DNA of 64,000 nt from positions 1-64,000 of the IMG/VR virus record IMGVR_UViG_3300021373_003510; one strand, 5' to 3'. Below are positions 59,329-64,000 of this stretch, piece by piece. Position numbers and translations under genes: made by a program. Source of the stretch: a virus. The notes under the pieces were generated by a model that saw nothing but the letters and a program-made list of their open reading frames with translations, was not told the DNA's origin and made no database searches. Numbering within the stretch: the stretch's first letter is position 1; each line of letters opens with the position of its first letter.

Positions 59329-59987
59329 CTTTTATTATAAGTCGACTTTGAATCAATTGCCACATAATATGTGACGCCTTCTCCCTTAAATTCTGAGATA
59401 CCTTTTGAACAAAGAGTAACCTCATAATCTAAAGGCATTAGTTTCAAGTTATCAGTTTTAATAATAATCTTGAACTCATCGTCAGTCTCCCCGATTTCAA
59501 CGCCAAAGTCATCTGCGCCTTCGTTCGTACTGTCGATTGCTTTCAGATAACATTTGCCACTTTCGCCAACAAATGCGATCTCTGAAAATTGTAATACCCC
59601 TGCTGCCTTCAATACAGAAGACAAATCGCCGTTACTCACATTGACAACTACATCAGCCGAAGGGATAGTGATATCCTTTTCAGGTGGAGTGTGGATCATT
59701 GAGAGATCAGCATAAACGTATTTGGTTCTACGCTTACCTTCCGAGATAATAAAGTATTTATCAAAAAACTCTACATCTGGATCATTATAAAGAGATAAAA
59801 TTGATAAAAATCTCGATAGGTCATAAACACATGCATCTGATGGAATTACATCAGGGATGTCCGCTATCGCGATCAATGTTTTCTCTGGAGTTATGGTCTT
59901 AAGAACTGAACCTTCTTTCAACAAGATTGACTTATTGATAGTGGTAAAGCTTTTAAGTACCGTCATAGTTTCGTTAGAAAATTTCAT
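59325..59987 (-). CDS. gp45: Sliding clamp gp45
   Basis: MKFSNETM.VLKSF.TIN.SIL...YDLSRFL...NLKLMP.DY.V...YYVAI; precedes gp44/gp62. Confidence 0.95.
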   Translation of the reverse strand: MKFSNETMTVLKSFTTINKSILLKEGSVLKTITPEKTLIAIADIPDVIPSDACVYDLSRFLSILSLYNDPDVEFFDKYFIISEGKRRTKYVYADLSMIHTPPEKDITIPSADVVVNVSNGDLSSVLKAAGVLQFSEIAFVGESGKCYLKAIDSTNEGADDFGVEIGETDDEFKIIIKTDNLKLMPLDYEVTLCSKGISEFKGEGVTYYVAIDSKSTYNKR

Positions 59988-60020
59988 TATATAGATTCTC
60001 CGTTAGTTATATTGTGGTAT

Positions 60021-60049
60021 ATTATATACCAATTACTTGGACTTGTCAA
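60021..60049 (-). promoter_or_regulatory. Consensus sigma70 promoter (early) for the gp45 operon
   Basis: TTGACA-17 nt-TATAAT, exact; the -35 lies in the last codons of the upstream gene. Confidence 0.9.
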
Positions 60050-60902
60050 TAGGATTGTAAGCTTTCTTTTTAGATTTATCATCTGCAGTTGCAGTTACTC
60101 CCAGTGACCCTAGGCTTCCCATGTCACCCTTAAAGATATAAGAACCAACATGGTTAATTTTCATCCAAGGACACATCGTTACTGATAATCCAGCTGCACG
60201 AGCCATTTTACAGAAAAAGTAATCTTCGGACAGATACCTTTTTGATTCTGGGTCAATCACACAATCAAAGAAGGCATGTATTTCTCGAGAACCATCAAAT
60301 TGGTCGTTACGAATATGGTCAGGCAAATATGATAACTCAGGATATGCTTCTCTGTACTTTTCTAAAGCATCTCTTGTAATTAACATAAATCCAGTTCCAC
60401 CTTCGGAAACCTCAACAGGTTCTGAGAGCTTAAATTGTTTTATTCCTTTTACAGGATTAAAGACAAAATCTGATATGTATTTTTCTAGGTCAAAAGGATT
60501 CTCTACACCAATACCTTGCTGTGCAGCAACAGAAACCTTTTCCCATGCAATTGTTTTCTTTGGATATGGACCACATACAATATCATACTTATCTGGGTCT
60601 GATATTTGTAATGCAACTAATGCTAATGCATCTCTTGGATCAAATCCAATATCCGAATCAATGAATAATAAATGAGAACAATCGGAACGAAGAAATTCGT
60701 CTACAATATAATTTCTTGCTCTTTGAACAAGACTCTCATTAAATAAAAAATAATATTTCATTGGAATCTTATGTGCTGCGCATAACATACTTAAATCATT
60801 TGTTGACTTTGTATATATGCCTGCGCATTGACCACCATACATTGGTGTGCCAACGAATATTTTTTGCTTTGCTAAATCTTCTGTTTTTACTTCAAGCTTC
60901 AT
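60033..60902 (-). CDS. GT-A fold glycosyltransferase-like protein
   Basis: FVGTPMYGG, NESLVQRARN, LLFIDSDI (DxD), GTGFMLI and YLSEDYFFC. Confidence 0.75.
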   Translation of the reverse strand: MKLEVKTEDLAKQKIFVGTPMYGGQCAGIYTKSTNDLSMLCAAHKIPMKYYFLFNESLVQRARNYIVDEFLRSDCSHLLFIDSDIGFDPRDALALVALQISDPDKYDIVCGPYPKKTIAWEKVSVAAQQGIGVENPFDLEKYISDFVFNPVKGIKQFKLSEPVEVSEGGTGFMLITRDALEKYREAYPELSYLPDHIRNDQFDGSREIHAFFDCVIDPESKRYLSEDYFFCKMARAAGLSVTMCPWMKINHVGSYIFKGDMGSLGSLGVTATADDKSKKKAYNPIDKSK

Positions 60903-61537
60903 ACTTTAATTTGCTCCATATCGTTTTCGGCTCTAACAATACTCTGCAGTCTTAATACATCTGCAAGTATATCCCAAGAGCTATCGTGTGCTTTGAATAC
61001 TGAATCCCACTTCTCATCGTTTTCGCAAGGAGCAAATCCATTTTTCTTTAATTCAAAATTAAACTTTGCATCAATGTAAGTTCTTGTATCTCTTACTGAC
61101 CAGTACTTAAGATGCTGTTCCATGTGTGGTAATTTGTTTTGTGATTGAAATAGTCGAGACAAAATCATAGGGTCAAAAGTATTTGACCTAGACCACCAGT
61201 ATTTGATAGTAGGTGCCTCAATTAAAAAATCAGTGAATTGTTTTACAAAATCAGAAACTGATAAATCAGAACTCTTAGGAGCAATGTTTCTTCTTACTTC
61301 TTTAGATTGCTCATTCCAAAATGCCAGTGTATTAGGATCTATTTCCCAACCGTATTTTTGTACTTGTTCTTTTACATCAAACTTGAACTTCCTACACTTG
61401 CTTATATCTGCCAAAGTGTATGGATCGTTAGACGTCATCTTATCCCAATTGAATACCATTGCTGATATATCAATGACAGCACATTTATTAACGTCCTGTC
61501 CCATTGTTTCAAAATCGATGATTAAGTCATGTCGCAT
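60899..61537 (-). CDS. dexA: DexA-like 3'-5' exonuclease (DEDDh)
   Basis: IIDFETMG, WSRSNTFD, RDTRT and HDSSWDILAD. Confidence 0.85.
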   Translation of the reverse strand: MRHDLIIDFETMGQDVNKCAVIDISAMVFNWDKMTSNDPYTLADISKCRKFKFDVKEQVQKYGWEIDPNTLAFWNEQSKEVRRNIAPKSSDLSVSDFVKQFTDFLIEAPTIKYWWSRSNTFDPMILSRLFQSQNKLPHMEQHLKYWSVRDTRTYIDAKFNFELKKNGFAPCENDEKWDSVFKAHDSSWDILADVLRLQSIVRAENDMEQIKV

Positions 61538-61560
61538 AATTTTTTCCTATTCAATGTACC

Positions 61561-61589
61561 ATTATACAACAATACACCATGAATGTCAA
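61561..61589 (-). promoter_or_regulatory. Consensus sigma70 promoter (early) for dexA and the GT-A gene
   Basis: TTGACA-17 nt-TATAAT, exact. Confidence 0.9.
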
Positions 61590-61593
61590 TGGT

Positions 61594-62817
61594 TTATCCA
61601 AAGAATTCTTCGAGATTTGGAGTTGTGTCTTTTCCATTTGGATCATACTCCATAAGTTGTTTTAAGTTATTTTGTCTTAAATAAGTTGTATCAGAAAGCT
61701 CAAGATCTCCATTCAAAAACTTACCAATTTCTAAATGCATATCTCTTGATGTAGGTACAGGACAATTCTGAGCAATATGATTCATCTTCTTTAATCCATC
61801 AAGTAACTCAAAGTCTTCCGGGAATCCCATCATATGTAATGCTTCACGAATTGTTAAAGACCTTTCTTCAGTAGGATGAATTGTATCAACCATATTACGA
61901 CCAATCACTGCATTCATATATTCACCAAAGACGTGTACTGAACCATCCCATACACCTTTACCGTCTGCATACTTTTTAATTGCATGGTCAGAATACTTAA
62001 TACCTTTTTCATGTCCTGTCTTATGGAACCATTCGTTAGCTTCTTTCATCCAACCTTTTTTATTTACATAATTCAGAGTTGTCTTAACGCCTTCTTCAAT
62101 CATCAGTTCACGAATATCGCGATTTGTTTTTGTTTTAATAAATGTATAGTAAGGTTCTTCAGGTACGTTCTTATTAATAATCAAATCTTGATGTAACGCA
62201 TCTTCAGGAATCTCTTGAAGATATTCAGCAAAGTCCTTTCTTGGTCGATTATAATAATTCATAACTGGTGCAGATTCTGATTTCCAACCAATCGCAAATG
62301 ATCTGTCTCTACCTTGAGGAACACCATGAAATCTTGTTGATGTTTTAAATAATGTTAATGAGTATCCGCGTTCTTTACAAATTTCATATAACTTGTTTGC
62401 GACAGGACGACCTTTATTTGTATATAGTGCAGGAGCATTTTCAACAATGACTACCTTTGCTCCAAGAACATCAATACCATTCTCAAAGACCATATACATA
62501 AAGTCGTTCTTTGCACAACCTGGTCCTTTTGATTCTGTTGTCGTTCCTGTATTTAATTGCGATAAAGCAGCACAAGGTGGAGTACCTGTAACTACATCAA
62601 CCTTTTTAATTTTAGGATTCTCTGAATCTAACAAGACATAAGGAATATCACGTCCCAATGTATTTTGCTGATAATTTACATAATGCCCATCGTTAGCTTC
62701 AAAACCACCAAAAGAATATATTGCTTCGGGTGGTTTACCAAATGCTTTTTCTGCGCCTAATGCTTGTCCACCAATTAATGGAATTAGTGGTGCCCACGTT
62801 ATTTCTTTTTTACTCAT
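61594..62817 (-). CDS. C5-cytosine DNA methyltransferase-like protein with atypical SAM-binding motifs
   Basis: Motif IV GTPPC, VI ENAP, VIII QGRDR, IX/X RSLTIREALHMMGFP...AQN. Motif I reads PLIPLIGG instead of F.G.GG. Confidence 0.85.
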   Translation of the reverse strand: MSKKEITWAPLIPLIGGQALGAEKAFGKPPEAIYSFGGFEANDGHYVNYQQNTLGRDIPYVLLDSENPKIKKVDVVTGTPPCAALSQLNTGTTTESKGPGCAKNDFMYMVFENGIDVLGAKVVIVENAPALYTNKGRPVANKLYEICKERGYSLTLFKTSTRFHGVPQGRDRSFAIGWKSESAPVMNYYNRPRKDFAEYLQEIPEDALHQDLIINKNVPEEPYYTFIKTKTNRDIRELMIEEGVKTTLNYVNKKGWMKEANEWFHKTGHEKGIKYSDHAIKKYADGKGVWDGSVHVFGEYMNAVIGRNMVDTIHPTEERSLTIREALHMMGFPEDFELLDGLKKMNHIAQNCPVPTSRDMHLEIGKFLNGDLELSDTTYLRQNNLKQLMEYDPNGKDTTPNLEEFFG

Positions 62818-64000
62818 CCGAAAAAGTCCTCAAGTGTTGCAGCCGTTTTCTTTTCGTATTGTGATATATCAGTAGCGATATAATCTTTATCAATGGCTGT
62901 CATAATTTTGTTATTCAAAAAAGTACCATCATAATATTCAGGCTTACATATTAATTTACGCAAACCTCTTATTACTGATTCGTACTCATTTTCGTTATTT
63001 AATAACCTAGTCATTCTTTCTTTAAATTCAGTAGGAGTTTTAGGTCTTAAAAAATCTGGTATAGGTAGATGTTTTTGTTCATCATAAGTAGGATGTAAGA
63101 ATGGTATTACACCAGCATGTACCATTTCAATATACTTTGAAGTTACCCAACCCTTTGCGATTGGAATAATAAAAGTAAACTTAACATTGTTCATTTTTGC
63201 CATTACATCATCAAGATGAATTGAACCTTTAAATCTTGCATCGGTTGTTGTATCAGGATGATCCCACTTACCATAAATTTCAACATCTTCATGATCGTCC
63301 AATACCCATTCTTTTAATAAGTTATATCTTGAAGGCTTTGCTTCATTTAATATAACCATGAATGGTACTTTACGATTCAAATTAAACTGTTCTGAATGTT
63401 CGTAATTAACACAGAAGCAAGTTTCCATACCTGCATATGTTGAAGGTACTTTTCTTTCGTATCTGTTTTGATCTTCATAATTGCGAATACTGCTTACTTC
63501 GTATTCATAATCGTATTGACCCAAAGACACTGTTGGTAAATGGAATATGTCTCTTGATTGATTCATTACATATCGTGGATCATTTACAATTTCAACATAA
63601 GGTGGTTGAACTTCATTTAACCAAATAGCAATAGGTGATGTATAGTTCTTAGTCATATCAATTACAGATGCAGGTTTACCATCAGTGATACCTTCTTTCA
63701 AATGTTTCACTTGAGTAATTTTACCTGGGATAGTAACTGTTCCAACTTGACCTACCATCATAACTGTATTGTCTAATTGAAATCCTTTCTGATTAAAGTA
63801 ATCTATAATATGTCGATAGAATCTATCATCGTCTTCATTCTTTACGCCTTTCCAAATATCAACTACATTATCATACGGAAACAACTCTAATACTTCAGAC
63901 TCATTTAGAGTACTGAAATCCGAACGACCAATAATATAAAAGGTCTTATCTGGGTTATTGTTTGCTAATGATATTAGAACTGTAGATGGCTCGTTGTCTC
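62814..64000 (-). CDS. GT-B fold, DNA beta-glucosyltransferase-like protein (5' end beyond the window)
   Basis: The frame stays open to the window end (DNEPSTVLISLANNNPDKTFYIIGRSD...). EIVNDPR, EIYGKW and TSKYIEMVHAGVIPFLHPTYD resemble BGT-like GT-B motifs; overlaps the MTase start. Confidence 0.6.
   Translation of the reverse strand, partial: DNEPSTVLISLANNNPDKTFYIIGRSDFSTLNESEVLELFPYDNVVDIWKGVKNEDDDRFYRHIIDYFNQKGFQLDNTVMMVGQVGTVTIPGKITQVKHLKEGITDGKPASVIDMTKNYTSPIAIWLNEVQPPYVEIVNDPRYVMNQSRDIFHLPTVSLGQYDYEYEVSSIRNYEDQNRYERKVPSTYAGMETCFCVNYEHSEQFNLNRKVPFMVILNEAKPSRYNLLKEWVLDDHEDVEIYGKWDHPDTTTDARFKGSIHLDDVMAKMNNVKFTFIIPIAKGWVTSKYIEMVHAGVIPFLHPTYDEQKHLPIPDFLRPKTPTEFKERMTRLLNNENEYESVIRGLRKLICKPEYYDGTFLNNKIMTAIDKDYIATDISQYEKKTAATLEDFFG

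Noticed and set aside
54875-64000. Assignment as a cyanophage, based on the glutamine riboswitch, YRG peptide, hsp20 and phycobiliprotein-like repeats
   Set aside because: No photosynthesis or other cyanobacteria-specific genes are in the window, and the ROSE-like leader points weakly elsewhere; the host is left unassigned.
1-64000. tRNA genes, introns, inteins or homing endonucleases
   Set aside because: No cloverleaf, intein (C...HN) or HNH/GIY-YIG/LAGLIDADG motifs were recognised by eye, and intergenic spaces are short.

Overview
This is a 64 kb, AT-rich segment of a large T4-like (contractile-tailed) phage, most plausibly aquatic or marine; the host cannot be assigned from the window. 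Positions 1-50.2 kb (minus strand) hold the late baseplate and fibre module. It includes several long fibre proteins, a Gly-X-Gln collagen-like fibre, a 3753-aa repeat protein, a DUF4815-type protein, gp8, an S8 protease, gp9/10-like, a gp7-like protein fused to an esterase, gp6, gp25, an M15 peptidase fusion, gp5, gp27-like, a split gp53 and gp48. Positions 50.2-54.8 kb (plus strand) hold gp4, gp2, a tail-tube-fold protein, gp26/gp51 and a tape-measure-like gene. Positions 54.9-64 kb (minus strand) hold a glutamine-riboswitch-like RNA before a YRG peptide, then peroxiredoxin, Hsp20, dUTPase, regA, gp62/gp44/gp45 and a DNA-modification cluster (GT-A glycosyltransferase, DexA, an atypical C5-cytosine methyltransferase and a beta-glucosyltransferase-like gene). 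Four observations stand out. (1) The 3753-aa protein carries about 12 helical repeats that align by eye, without gaps, to the bilin-attachment helix of phycobiliproteins; 11 keep the Cys of the C-x-R-D motif. (2) A probable -1 frameshift (T TTT TTT plus a hairpin) fuses gp26 to a start-less gp51 directly upstream of the tape measure gene, as in lambda G/GT. (3) The glutamine-riboswitch-like RNA has a large nested insert. (4) The baseplate region encodes hydrolases and type-1-copper-like domains. All assignments come from motif recognition by eye; no searches were run.
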